A DNA stretch of 64,000 bases from positions 1,115 to 65,114 of the forward strand of contig JBBQNM010000004.1 in the NCBI GenBank assembly GCA_038329895.1, in the 5' to 3' direction. The translations under genes and the position numbers were made by a program. The notes under the pieces are model-generated. The model saw nothing but the letters and a program-made list of their open reading frames with translations, did not search any database and had not been told where the DNA came from. Positions 16,978 to 26,212 of the stretch are shown here, in pieces; the stretch's first letter is position 1; every line of letters starts with the position of its first letter. Source of the stretch: Solirubrobacterales bacterium. GTDB taxonomy: Bacteria; Actinomycetota; Thermoleophilia; Solirubrobacterales; 70-9.

Positions 16978-17208
16978 CGGCGCGCCAGTGTAAGTGCCAC
17001 GTCCGCCGATGGACGCCCCGTTCTGGCGGCTGCAAGTCTTCGCCTCAGCGCCGAAGGCGCGGTGCGAGCGCGAAGCGCGAGGTCCTCGGTCGGGCGAGTA
17101 GCACTTGACTACTCGCCCTCCCTGCCTCCTTGCCATGCTCGACTTTCGCTCGCCAGAAACGGGCCGACATCGGCGGACGCGGCACCATGGGCCGTATGCT
17201 CCGAGCGG

Positions 17209-17943
17209 ATGAGATTGGAGGCACGCAAGGCCCTGGTCACCGGGGGGGCCGGAGGCATCGGCGCCGCGATAGCCCGCCGCCTGGCCGGCGAGGGCGCCGA
17301 GGTGTGGGTCGGTGACCTGGACGAGGACGGCGCCGCCAAGGTTGCGGCGGAGATCGGGGGTCACGCGGTACAGCTCGACGTCACCGACCACGAATCGGCC
17401 CGCAGCGTGGTCGACTCGATCGCTGACCTTTCGGTGTTGGTCAACAACGCCGGCACCGACGAGTTCGGCTTCTTCAACCAGACCACGCCCGACATGTGGG
17501 AGCGGGTGCTGGCGGTCAACCTCAACGGCGTCCTCAACTGCACCCACGCGGCGCTGCCGGGCATGCAGGAGGCCGGCTACGGGCGGATCGTCAGCATCTC
17601 CTCGGAGGCGGGGCGTGTCGGCTCCAAGGGCTCGGCGGTCTATTCGGCGGCCAAGGGTGGTGTGATCGCGTTCATGAAGGTGATCGCGCGCGAGAACGCC
17701 CGCTTCGGGGTCACCGCCAACTCGATCGCCCCGGGTCCTATAGAGACGCCGCTGCTGATGGGCGCGGCGCAGATGGGCGAGCTGGGGGAGAAGCTGATCG
17801 AGACGATGAAGGGCGCGACGCAGATGCGCCGGCTCGGAAAGCCGGACGAGGTCGCCGCCGCGGTCGCCTTCCTGGCGGCCGAGGAGTCCTCTTACGTCAC
17901 CGGCGAGACACTGGGCGTCAGCGGCGGCCTGGGGATGGTCTGA
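17209..17943 (+). CDS. SDR-family oxidoreductase (FabG-like)
   Basis: ALVTGGAGGIGAA, NNAG and YSAAKGG (YxxxK) motifs. ATG at 17209 within a much longer run-on ORF. Confidence 0.85.
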   Translation: MRLEARKALVTGGAGGIGAAIARRLAGEGAEVWVGDLDEDGAAKVAAEIGGHAVQLDVTDHESARSVVDSIADLSVLVNNAGTDEFGFFNQTTPDMWERVLAVNLNGVLNCTHAALPGMQEAGYGRIVSISSEAGRVGSKGSAVYSAAKGGVIAFMKVIARENARFGVTANSIAPGPIETPLLMGAAQMGELGEKLIETMKGATQMRRLGKPDEVAAAVAFLAAEESSYVTGETLGVSGGLGMV

Positions 17944-17974
17944 TGCCCGATCCGATCACCGAACCGGTCGCCTG

Positions 17975-18421
17975 ATGTCCAGCGACCCGCAGCGCAAGCT
18001 GGCCTCGATCAGCGAGGTCGTACCGGACTCCGACCGCCCCGCGGAAGCCACCCTGGAGCCCGGGCTGCAGAGGGTCGACGAGTTCGTCGTCGAGGGCCGG
18101 CTGGTCACCGACGTGGGGGGCACGATCGGCGCCAGCGTACTGTCGACACCCGGGATGGTCGCTGTGATGGAGCGAAACACCGCGGTCCTCAGCTACCAGA
18201 ACCTTCCCGAGGGGAAGGCCACGGTTGGCTTCGAGATCTGCGTCAAGCACGTGGCCGCCGCGGTTGAGGGGGCGCTCTGCCAGGTGCGATCCGATCTGCG
18301 CGAGGTGGTCGACGGGCGCAAGCTCCGCTTCGAGGTCGAGGTGATGGATGGCGACCGCACAATCGGCGTCGGGACGCACGAGCGGCGCGTCATCGAGGTC
18401 GGCGGGGTGAAGAAGGATTGA
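17975..18421 (+). CDS. hotdog-fold thioesterase-like protein
   Basis: Size and a pattern similar to fluoroacetyl-CoA-thioesterase-like hotdog proteins (STPGMVAVME...GFEICVKHVAA...VVDGRKLRFEVEV). Confidence 0.55.
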   Translation: MSSDPQRKLASISEVVPDSDRPAEATLEPGLQRVDEFVVEGRLVTDVGGTIGASVLSTPGMVAVMERNTAVLSYQNLPEGKATVGFEICVKHVAAAVEGALCQVRSDLREVVDGRKLRFEVEVMDGDRTIGVGTHERRVIEVGGVKKD

Positions 18422-19353
18422 GCCCCGCCGGGCTCCCCGACCGCGTCCGGATCCGCGAGGTCGGCCCGCGAGACGGATTTCAGAACGAGCCCGAGGTGAT
18501 CGGCACCGACGACAAGGTGCGGCTGATCGACATGCTGTCGGAGACCGGGCTGGCGCGCTTGGAAGTGACCTCGTTCGTGCGCGCCGACGTGATCCCGCAA
18601 CTCGCCGACGCCGAGCAGGTGCTGGAGCGGATCGAGCGGCGCGAGGGCGTGTCCCTCTCGGTGCTGATCCCCAACGAGCGCGGCCTGGAGAGGGCGCTGG
18701 AGATGCGGGATCACTTCGACGAGGTCAACCTGTTCCTCTCCGCGTCGGAAACCCACAACCAGCGCAACGTCAACCGCTCGATCGAAGAGTCGCTCGATGG
18801 GCTCGAGCGCACGATCTCCACCGCTCGCGCCGAGGGGCTGCGCTGCGAGGGGGTGATCTCGGTCTCCTTCGGATGTCCCTACGAAGGGGAGGTCACGCCC
18901 GAGCGTGTTTTCGAGATCGGAAAGCGTTTGGCGGCAGCGGGGTGCGAGGAGGTCGCGTTTGGCGACACGACCGGGATGGCCAACCCCCGCCAGGTTCACG
19001 AGTTCTTCATCGCCGCCCGCGCTCAGCTCGGCGGGGTCGAGCTGACCGCCCACTTCCACAACACCCGCGGTCAGGGGCTGGCCAACGTGCTGGCGGCGCT
19101 GGAGGAGGGCGTGGACTCGTTCGAGAGCTCATTCGGCGAGCTGGGCGGTTGTCCGGTTCCGCCGGGTTCGACCGGCAACGTCGCGACCGAGGACGTGGTT
19201 TCGATGCTGCACGAGATGAGGATCGAGACCGGGATCGACCTGGCGAGGCTGATCGAGGCCTCACGCGGCGCCCAGCAGACACTCAGACGCCCCTTGGGCG
19301 CGCATGTCCTGCACGCCGGGCCGGTCGACTGGCAGGGCTCGATCGACGCCTAG
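18418..19353 (+). CDS. hydroxymethylglutaryl-CoA lyase
   Basis: VRIREVGPRDGFQNE signature, EVTSFV, and HFHNTRGQGLANVLAALEEG metal-binding block. TTG start overlapping the upstream stop. Confidence 0.9.
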   Translation: MSPAGLPDRVRIREVGPRDGFQNEPEVIGTDDKVRLIDMLSETGLARLEVTSFVRADVIPQLADAEQVLERIERREGVSLSVLIPNERGLERALEMRDHFDEVNLFLSASETHNQRNVNRSIEESLDGLERTISTARAEGLRCEGVISVSFGCPYEGEVTPERVFEIGKRLAAAGCEEVAFGDTTGMANPRQVHEFFIAARAQLGGVELTAHFHNTRGQGLANVLAALEEGVDSFESSFGELGGCPVPPGSTGNVATEDVVSMLHEMRIETGIDLARLIEASRGAQQTLRRPLGAHVLHAGPVDWQGSIDA

Positions 19354-19509
19354 GATCTCGAGGTCGGGGGAACGAGGATCAACTGACTTTGAGTCAGCGA
19401 ATCGCAGACGCCAAGACCCATGATTTTCGCCGCAATTGCTGGTCCTTCTCTGAGCTTTGGGCGGCGCCAAGAGGCGCAATCGGCGATCTCTCACTAGTCT
19501 GCGCATTCG

Positions 19510-19890
19510 ATGAGAAGCGACCGCTTCAGGGCAGCGGCCGAGGAAAAGGACTTCTCGGCCGTGGACGAGCTTTTCGCTGAGGAAGCCTCGTTCCGCAGCC
19601 CGGTGGTTTTTGCGCCCTACGAGGGCCGCGAGGCGATTTCGATGCTCCTGGGCGCTGTCGTCGAGGTGTTCGAGGATTTCCGCTACACCGATCAGGTCGA
19701 GTCGGGCGACACCGCTGTTCTCATATTCGAGGCCCGGGTCGGCGACCGCGAACTCAACGGAGTGGACATCCTGCATTTCGACGCCGACGACAGGATCGTC
19801 GAGCTGATGGTGATGGTGCGACCGATGAGCGGCGTGCACGCCCTGGCGGAAGCGATGCAGACCAAGGTGGCAGGGGCGGGAAGTGGATAA
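19510..19890 (+). CDS. NTF2/SnoaL-like fold protein
   Basis: 126 aa, alpha+beta cone pattern (FRSPVVFAPYEGREAI...VLIFEARVGDRELNGVDILHFDADDRIVEL). Confidence 0.6.
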   Translation: MRSDRFRAAAEEKDFSAVDELFAEEASFRSPVVFAPYEGREAISMLLGAVVEVFEDFRYTDQVESGDTAVLIFEARVGDRELNGVDILHFDADDRIVELMVMVRPMSGVHALAEAMQTKVAGAGSG

Positions 19891-19921
19891 GCTCCGGGCC
19901 GTGAAGAGGAGGAAGGGAAGA

Positions 19922-20827
19922 GTGGAGGCGATCGAACGGATTCGGAACGCGACTTTCACGCTCACGCGACGCGGGTATGACAGGCGCGAGGTCGATAACT
20001 ACCTCTCGAAGCTGGCCGAGTGGCTGGAGGGCGGTGGCGCCGACCAGGTTCATTCCCACACGATCAAGCACGAGCTGGAACGGATCGGCGACAAGACGGG
20101 CAAGATCCTCACCGCGGCCGAGGAGGCAGCCCAGTCGCTGCGGACGGACGCCGAGCACGACGCGCGCCAGATCCGCGAGGTCGCACACGGGAGCGTGGAG
20201 TCCATCAAGACTTCTGCCGACGAGTACGCTAAGCACGCGCGCGAAGAGGCCCAGGCTTTCGCCACCAAGGCCCGCGCGGAAGCGGAAGCGCACTCGACGC
20301 AGCTTCGAAGTGAGGCCGAGACGATCTCGGGGCGGGCTCGCCAGGAGGCTGAGTCGCAGGCCACGAAGCTCCGCGACGAGGCCGATGGCTACGCGAAGAG
20401 GGTCCGCAGCGAGGCGGACGCCCACGCCTCCAAGACCGTGAAGGAGGCCGAGGACAAGGCGATCCGGATGGTCGAGGAGGCCGCCAAGCGCCGCCGCGAG
20501 ATGGAGAAGGTGATCGCCGACCTGGAGACGCGGCGCGACGCGGTGATCGGCGGGCTCGAGAAGCTGTCGAGTCAGCTCGCCGGCGCGGCAACCGTAGGCA
20601 AGTCGCGGGGCGATTCGCCGGCCGACGCGAGGCCGCCGGCCACGGACGCGAGCACACCGGCTACGGACGCAAGGCCGCCGTCTAAGGAGGTCACGCCGCC
20701 GGCCACGAACGCCAAGCCGCCGACCACAGACGGCAGCTCGCGGCCGCCCGACCCCCAGTCGGCTGCCCCGCTGGCCGGGTCGAAGACCCCTCTTTCGACG
20801 CCGCCGCCCGCTCCCAGCAGGCAGTGA
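19922..20827 (+). CDS. DivIVA-domain protein with coiled-coil repeats and Pro/Thr-rich C-terminal repeats
   Basis: FTLTRRGYDRREVDNYL DivIVA N-terminal motif. GTG at 19922 preceded by AGGAGGAAGGGAAG. Repeated AEAEAH../EADAHA.. helices. C-terminal (A/R)PPATDA-like repeats. Confidence 0.75.
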   Translation: MEAIERIRNATFTLTRRGYDRREVDNYLSKLAEWLEGGGADQVHSHTIKHELERIGDKTGKILTAAEEAAQSLRTDAEHDARQIREVAHGSVESIKTSADEYAKHAREEAQAFATKARAEAEAHSTQLRSEAETISGRARQEAESQATKLRDEADGYAKRVRSEADAHASKTVKEAEDKAIRMVEEAAKRRREMEKVIADLETRRDAVIGGLEKLSSQLAGAATVGKSRGDSPADARPPATDASTPATDARPPSKEVTPPATNAKPPTTDGSSRPPDPQSAAPLAGSKTPLSTPPPAPSRQ

Positions 20828-22344
20828 CCGACATCCGACTGGCGTTGGAGGCGGCGCTGGCCGGCGGTCCTGAGCGTCATCACGCGAAGCTAGCCGAGCA
20901 GGAGAAGCTTCCCGTCCGTGAGCGAATCGAGCGGCTCGTCGACCCCGGGTCGTTCGCGGAGGAAGCGCTGCTCGCCAACTGGGAGCAGGAAGGTTTGGGT
21001 GCCGACGGGGTGGTCACCGGTCTGGCGCTGGTCGGAGGGCGCCGCGCAGCGCTGATGGCCAACGACCCGACCGTCAAGGCCGGGTCGTGGGGTCCGAAGA
21101 CCGTCGAGAAGATCCTCCGCGTCCAGGAGCGGGCGCTGAAGTTGGGCGTGCCGATGGTCTATCTGGTCGACTCCGCCGGGGCACGGATCACCGACCAGGT
21201 GCAGATGTTCCCGGGCCGCCGCGGCGCCGGGCGCATCTTCTACAACGAGGTGCGGCTCTCGGGCCAGGTGCCGCAGGTCTGCCTGCTGTTCGGGCCGAGC
21301 GCCGCGGGGGGCGCCTACATCCCGGCCTTCTGCGACGTCGTGATCATGCGCGAGGGCAACGCCTCCATGTATCTGGGCTCCCCCCGAATGGCCGAGATGG
21401 TGATCGGCGAGAAGGTGGCGCTGGAGGAGATGGGCGGCGCGAAGATGCACACCGGCGTCTCGGGCTGCGGGCACTTCCTCGCCGCCAGCGACGAGGCCGT
21501 GATCGATCTGGCGCGCCGCTATCTGTCCTACATGCCGGTCAACTGGCGCGAGGACCCACCGGCGGCGCCGCCGGCCGACCAGGCCTCGACAGCTTCGATC
21601 GGCGACATCGTTCCCGCCGACGAGAACCAGATCTTCGACATGCGCGAGGTGCTCGACGCACTGCTTGACGCCGACTCGTTGCTCGAGGTGCATGCGCGCT
21701 GGGCGAAGGAGCTGATCACCGGCTACGCGCGCCTCAACGGCCGCGCCGTCGGCATCGTCGCCAACCAGCCGAACGAGAAGGGTGGCGTGCTGTTCGTCGA
21801 CTCGGCCGACAAGGCGGCACGCTTCATCCAGACCTGCAACGCCTTCAACGTCCCGCTGCTGTTCCTCGCCGACGTGCCCGGCTTCATGATCGGCACGGCG
21901 GTAGAGCGTCAGGGCATCATTCGCCACGGGGCGAAGATGATCAGCGCCGTGGCCGAGGCGACGGTCCCGAAGATCTCGGTGATCGTTCGCAAGGCCTATG
22001 GCGCCGGTCTCTACGCGATGGCCGGCCCGGCGTTCGAGCCCGATTGCTGCATCGCCCTCCCGACTGCCTCGATCGCGGTGATGGGCCCGCAGGCGGCGAT
22101 CAACGCGGTCTTCTACAACCAGATTCAGGCGATCGAGGACCCCGACGAGCGTGAGAAGTTCGTGGCCAACAAGCGCCGCGAGTACGCGAAGGACATCGAC
22201 ATCCTGCACCTCGCCTCCGAGCTGGTAGTCGACGCCGTCGTACAGCCCGAGCAGCTGCGTGCCGAGCTGATCCGCCGCTTCGCCTACGCCGAGGGCCGCG
22301 ACCGCCGTTTCGCCGAGCGGCGCAACCCGGTGACGCCGGCATAG
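20824..22344 (+). CDS. acyl-CoA carboxylase carboxyltransferase (beta) subunit, methylcrotonyl-/propionyl-CoA carboxylase type
   Basis: Two crotonase-like halves: VTGLALVGGRRAALMANDPTVKAGSWG, DSAGARI and GIVANQPNEKGGVLFVDSADKAARFIQTCNAFNVPLLFLADVPGF. GTGA overlap with the upstream gene. Confidence 0.9.
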   Translation: MTDIRLALEAALAGGPERHHAKLAEQEKLPVRERIERLVDPGSFAEEALLANWEQEGLGADGVVTGLALVGGRRAALMANDPTVKAGSWGPKTVEKILRVQERALKLGVPMVYLVDSAGARITDQVQMFPGRRGAGRIFYNEVRLSGQVPQVCLLFGPSAAGGAYIPAFCDVVIMREGNASMYLGSPRMAEMVIGEKVALEEMGGAKMHTGVSGCGHFLAASDEAVIDLARRYLSYMPVNWREDPPAAPPADQASTASIGDIVPADENQIFDMREVLDALLDADSLLEVHARWAKELITGYARLNGRAVGIVANQPNEKGGVLFVDSADKAARFIQTCNAFNVPLLFLADVPGFMIGTAVERQGIIRHGAKMISAVAEATVPKISVIVRKAYGAGLYAMAGPAFEPDCCIALPTASIAVMGPQAAINAVFYNQIQAIEDPDEREKFVANKRREYAKDIDILHLASELVVDAVVQPEQLRAELIRRFAYAEGRDRRFAERRNPVTPA

Positions 22345-22421
22345 GGCCATATCCTGCGGCCGGATGCAGCGCGCCACCGCGATCGGTGGCGGCGGACCTC
22401 GGCCTCGCTACCGTGTCGGGG

Positions 22422-23279
22422 ATGCAATCACGCGTGAACCGACCACTGCTCCTCGCGGCCGGCGGCATCGCCGCCCTGACGGCATTGCTGTTCGCGGCGT
22501 ACTTCGTCGGACCGGTTGCCCGTTCGGACGCCATCGCTCTGCACGGGCTGAGGACGTTGTCCGAGCATCGGTGGGTCTGGGTCGTCAACGACGGGCTCGC
22601 GCACAGCGTTGACCTGCCGTTTCTGGTCGCGGCGCTGCTCGTGATCTGTGGCGCCGGTCTCCGTTGGGGCCGGCCTCGGCAGGCGGCGGCGGCGGCGCTG
22701 CTGGTCGGCGGCGCCAACATCGCCACCCAGGTGGTCAAGATCGCCGCCGCGCATCCTCGATATCAGCCGATTCTGGGGTCGGACCAGCTGGGGGGCCCAG
22801 CTTTTCCAAGCGGTCATGCGACCGCCGCGATGTCACTGGCCCTGGCCGCTGTCCTGGTTGCCCCGAGCCGCTGGCGATCGGCGACTGCGATCGTGGGTGG
22901 CGCCTTCGCCCTCGCGGTCTCGATCGCGCTCGTGATCCAGGCCTGGCACTTCCCAAGCGATGTGCTGGGGGGCTTTCTGGTCGCCGGTACCGTCAGCATG
23001 CTGGCTCTCGCCGGCCTGCGGGCAAGCGAGGGCAGGAGGGCCGGAGGCGCTGCAGTCGACCGCCAACCCAGGCTCTCGGTGCGATCGATCAGCGTGCAGG
23101 TGCTCGAGGCCTTGGCGGCCGCCGTGGCGATCGGCATCGCCCTGCTGCTGGTCACGCACCCGAACGCGCTGACCTCATATGCAGCTACCCACACGACCTC
23201 GGTCCTTGCCGCGATCGGAATCGCCGCTGCCTCGGTCGCGCTGATCTACGGCGTGGCTCTCGAGGCCGACAGCCGCTAG
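22422..23279 (+). CDS. PAP2-superfamily membrane phosphatase
   Basis: FPSGHATAA and WHFPSDVLGG motifs. Multiple TM segments. Confidence 0.8.
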   Translation: MQSRVNRPLLLAAGGIAALTALLFAAYFVGPVARSDAIALHGLRTLSEHRWVWVVNDGLAHSVDLPFLVAALLVICGAGLRWGRPRQAAAAALLVGGANIATQVVKIAAAHPRYQPILGSDQLGGPAFPSGHATAAMSLALAAVLVAPSRWRSATAIVGGAFALAVSIALVIQAWHFPSDVLGGFLVAGTVSMLALAGLRASEGRRAGGAAVDRQPRLSVRSISVQVLEALAAAVAIGIALLLVTHPNALTSYAATHTTSVLAAIGIAAASVALIYGVALEADSR

Positions 23280-24274
23280 CTTCTCGCCGGCTGCTCCTCG
23301 GGGACGTCGTCGCGGCCCCTGTCCTCGGGCGATGGCCAGTGCTCCGCGGTGCCATCGGTCGAGGGCTCACGCCGCTCGGGCATCGGCGTGATGCCGGCCC
23401 AGCCGGGCCGCTCCGTGACGCGCCGCCGCGCCGCGTCGAGGTAGTCCTCGATCAGCGTCAGGCCCTCCAGCCCGGGCAGCGCGGTGATCGTCTCGTCGAT
23501 CCCGCGCGCGGCCTCAAGTCCCTCCGCGCTGCCGTCGCCCATCAGGTAGAGGGCGAGCGCGTCGGTCTCCTCCTGCGTCTTGACGCCGGCGCCGACCGGG
23601 GTCCAGAACGCCTGCAGGGCCCGGCGCACCATCCGCCCGGCGGCTGGATTGCCCTCCATCCGCGCCTTCGCCTGGGCGCGGTAGAACGCGAAGTGGCGGC
23701 GTTCGTCCTGGATCACGCGGCGCAGCATCTGGTGGAGAACCGGGTGCGAGGAGCGGCGCATCAGCTGGTAGTAGCCGGTCAGCGTGGTGAGCTCGTTGAT
23801 CGCGCCCCAGGACATGTGGATGGCGATGAAGTTGCGGGTCAGCGCCGAGCCGACCATCGAGGGGACGATCGCGAAGCCGTTGCCGACGCCGATGTCGGTG
23901 CGCAACCGGCGCAGCCGGTTGGTCCGGGTTGGCATCGGCGAAGAGCCGTCGGGGAGCCGGGGCTCGATCGGTTCCTCGATTCCGTAGGCGCGCAGGAAAT
24001 CCGAGAACGCCTCCCCGTGCCAGAGCTCCTCGTAGACCCAGCAGGAAAGGAAGGCGGTGATGTAGGGGTCGGCGGCGGCGCGGGTGGCGAGCAGGTCGCG
24101 CAGGTAGATCACCGTGTGCGACTCGATGTCCATCATGTAGTGCATGCTCATCACGTCCCCGTCCGAGAGGTGGTGGTTGGGGATGCCCTCCCAGTCGAGA
24201 TGGCTCAGATCCACCTTCTTGGAGTTGCGCATGTAGCGGTCGATGTCAAAGTCGACGACGGTCTTCTGCTCCAT
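23276..24274 (-). CDS. ferritin-like di-iron protein (acyl-ACP-desaturase-like)
   Basis: Two ExxH motifs in helical context (VYEELWHGEAF and VIQDERRHFAFY). Confidence 0.65.
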   Translation of the reverse strand: MEQKTVVDFDIDRYMRNSKKVDLSHLDWEGIPNHHLSDGDVMSMHYMMDIESHTVIYLRDLLATRAAADPYITAFLSCWVYEELWHGEAFSDFLRAYGIEEPIEPRLPDGSSPMPTRTNRLRRLRTDIGVGNGFAIVPSMVGSALTRNFIAIHMSWGAINELTTLTGYYQLMRRSSHPVLHQMLRRVIQDERRHFAFYRAQAKARMEGNPAAGRMVRRALQAFWTPVGAGVKTQEETDALALYLMGDGSAEGLEAARGIDETITALPGLEGLTLIEDYLDAARRRVTERPGWAGITPMPERREPSTDGTAEHWPSPEDRGRDDVPEEQPARS

Positions 24275-24460
24275 TTTTGTCCTCGGTCTTTGGGCGGTTG
24301 GGTTGCGGGTGAAGTGCGTCCCGGAAACCTACGAGATGGCGGAAATAGCGGATCACCGCCTCGGTCAGCGCGCGATCTAGTCGATTTCGGGGTCATCGGG
24401 CTTCACGCCCCTGCCGATAGCTCCACAGGCGCCGGTTACACGGCTCCTTCTTGTACTGCC

Positions 24461-26212
24461 ATGTTGGAAATGTCTCCACATCTCGACCCCCCTCTGAAGG
24501 CCCGCCTGCGGTTCTCCAGCGGGATGTCGACGACGCGGATCGTCGAGGACAGGGCGCTTATGGCGCGGACCTTCGCCTATCTGTTCGGGATCGGCGGGAC
24601 GCTCGCCTTGCTGACGCTGCTGCTGCCCGGTTCCCCGGATCGCGCCGAGTTGCCGTTCGCCGCCGTCGCCGTCGAGGCGTACCTGACGACGGCCCTCTTC
24701 ATCCTCGCCTATGACCGGCTGCCGCAATGGTTCTTCCGGATATCGCCGATGCTGGGCAACCTGCTCGTTGCGCTGGCGATCGTGTTCGGCGGAACCCAGG
24801 CGACTGGCGCCTATGCGCTGTTCTACTTCTGGGTTGCCCTGGCCGCGTTCTACTTCTTCGAGTTGCGTTGGGCGATGGTCTGCGGGGCGGTGGCCAGCAT
24901 CTCCTATGCCGGCGTCTTGAACTTCCAATCGGGGGTCCAGCTGGGCCAGCTGAAGTGGTTGATGCTGACCGGTGGGCTGTTCGTCTCCGGGGTGATCATG
25001 GGCCTGCTGCGGTCCCGGGCGGAACACCTGGTCGGTCAGCTGTCCACGGCGGCCAGCATCGACGTGCTGACCGGTCTGCCCAACCGCCGCGAGTTCGATA
25101 CCAAGCTGCGCCATGAGCTTGCGCGGGCGAAGCGGGTCGGGATCGAGTTTGGACTCGTCTGGCTCGACCTCGACCGCTTCCAGCCAATCAACGACAGCGC
25201 CGGTCACCATGCGGGCGATCTGCTGCTCGAGCGCGTCGCGCGCCTGATGCGCAGCGAGTTACGGGAGAGCGACACGCTGGCGCGTCTCGGTGGCGACGAG
25301 TTCGGGGTGATCGTTCCGGAGGCCGCTCAGGTCGACACCTACCTGCTCGCCGAGCGGCTCCGCAAGAGGGTGCGCGAGACGCTGGAGGACGGAGGGAACG
25401 GACTCACTGTTAGCGCCGGCGTGGCGATCTTCGGAAGGCACGGCAGCACCCCCCAGGAGCTGATCGCGGCCGGCGAGCAGGCGCTGCTGGCGGCGAAGCG
25501 GTTGGGGCGCGACCGCACGGTGATCTTCAGCGACGAGGTTGCGTCGAACCTTCTCGAGCTCGGCCTCGGCGCCGCCAACGAGTTGCCGACGAGCCTGGAG
25601 ACGATCCTCTCGCTCGCCGAGCTGGTCGACGTCAACCAGATGGGCTCGGCGCGCCACTCGCAGGTGGTCGGACGTTACGCCGAGGCGATGGGAGAGAAGA
25701 TCGGGTTGTACCCGGACGACGTGCAGCGCCTTCGCCTCGCCGGGATCCTTCACGACGTCGGCAAGATCGGCGTCAGGGGCTCGATCCTGGCCAAGCCGGG
25801 CCCGCTCACCGCGGCGGAGATGGAGGAGATGCGTACCCACCCGGAGATCGGGGCGCGGATAGCCCGCAACGCGGGGCTCAGCGATATTGCCCTGTGGATC
25901 AGCGCCCACCATGAGCGCCCCGACGGCCGCGGCTATCCGCTCGGGCTCAGCGAGGGCGAGATACCGCTGGAGGCGCGGATCCTCGCGGTCGGCGACGCAT
26001 ACGAGGCGATGACCAACGACCGCGCCTACCGCTCGGCGATGAACGAGTCGAAGGCGCGCGCCGAGCTGCGGCGCAACGCTGGAAGCCAGTTCGACGAGCG
26101 GGTCATCGAGGCGTTCCTGTCGCTGCTGGAGTCTGACGCGTTCGACGAGCTGGCCCGGACGAACGGAGTTCAGGCCGAAATGTCAAGTCTCTCGGCCAGC
26201 TCGACGAAGTAG
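24461..26212 (+). CDS. membrane-anchored diguanylate cyclase (GGDEF) fused to an HD-GYP phosphodiesterase domain
   Basis: Five to six N-terminal TM segments, DVLTGLPNRREF and RLGGDEFGV (GGDEF), LHDVGKI and HHERPDGRGYP (HD-GYP). ATG at 24461. The 599 upstream codons of the tracked ORF are run-on. Confidence 0.85.
   Translation: MLEMSPHLDPPLKARLRFSSGMSTTRIVEDRALMARTFAYLFGIGGTLALLTLLLPGSPDRAELPFAAVAVEAYLTTALFILAYDRLPQWFFRISPMLGNLLVALAIVFGGTQATGAYALFYFWVALAAFYFFELRWAMVCGAVASISYAGVLNFQSGVQLGQLKWLMLTGGLFVSGVIMGLLRSRAEHLVGQLSTAASIDVLTGLPNRREFDTKLRHELARAKRVGIEFGLVWLDLDRFQPINDSAGHHAGDLLLERVARLMRSELRESDTLARLGGDEFGVIVPEAAQVDTYLLAERLRKRVRETLEDGGNGLTVSAGVAIFGRHGSTPQELIAAGEQALLAAKRLGRDRTVIFSDEVASNLLELGLGAANELPTSLETILSLAELVDVNQMGSARHSQVVGRYAEAMGEKIGLYPDDVQRLRLAGILHDVGKIGVRGSILAKPGPLTAAEMEEMRTHPEIGARIARNAGLSDIALWISAHHERPDGRGYPLGLSEGEIPLEARILAVGDAYEAMTNDRAYRSAMNESKARAELRRNAGSQFDERVIEAFLSLLESDAFDELARTNGVQAEMSSLSASSTK

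Noticed and set aside
16111-17208. N-terminal 366 codons of ORF 16111..17943, and likewise codons upstream of 16977 in ORF 16270..17547
   Set aside because: These are run-on across neighbouring genes. Rossmann-fold N-termini with proper starts are found at 17209 and 16977.
20620-20760. Imperfect tandem DNA repeats (CCGCCGGCCACGGACGC-like)
   Set aside because: They are explained by the Pro/Thr-rich (A/R)PPATDA peptide repeats at the C-terminus of the DivIVA-domain protein, so this is not an independent element.
20890-22377. 495-aa ORF on the - strand
   Set aside because: It is antisense to the carboxyltransferase gene and has no motifs.
22664-24460. First 599 codons of the 1182-aa ORF 22664..26212
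   Set aside because: This part overlaps the PAP2 gene out of frame and is antisense to the ferritin-like gene. Recognisable protein (TM segments, GGDEF, HD-GYP) begins only at the ATG at 24461.
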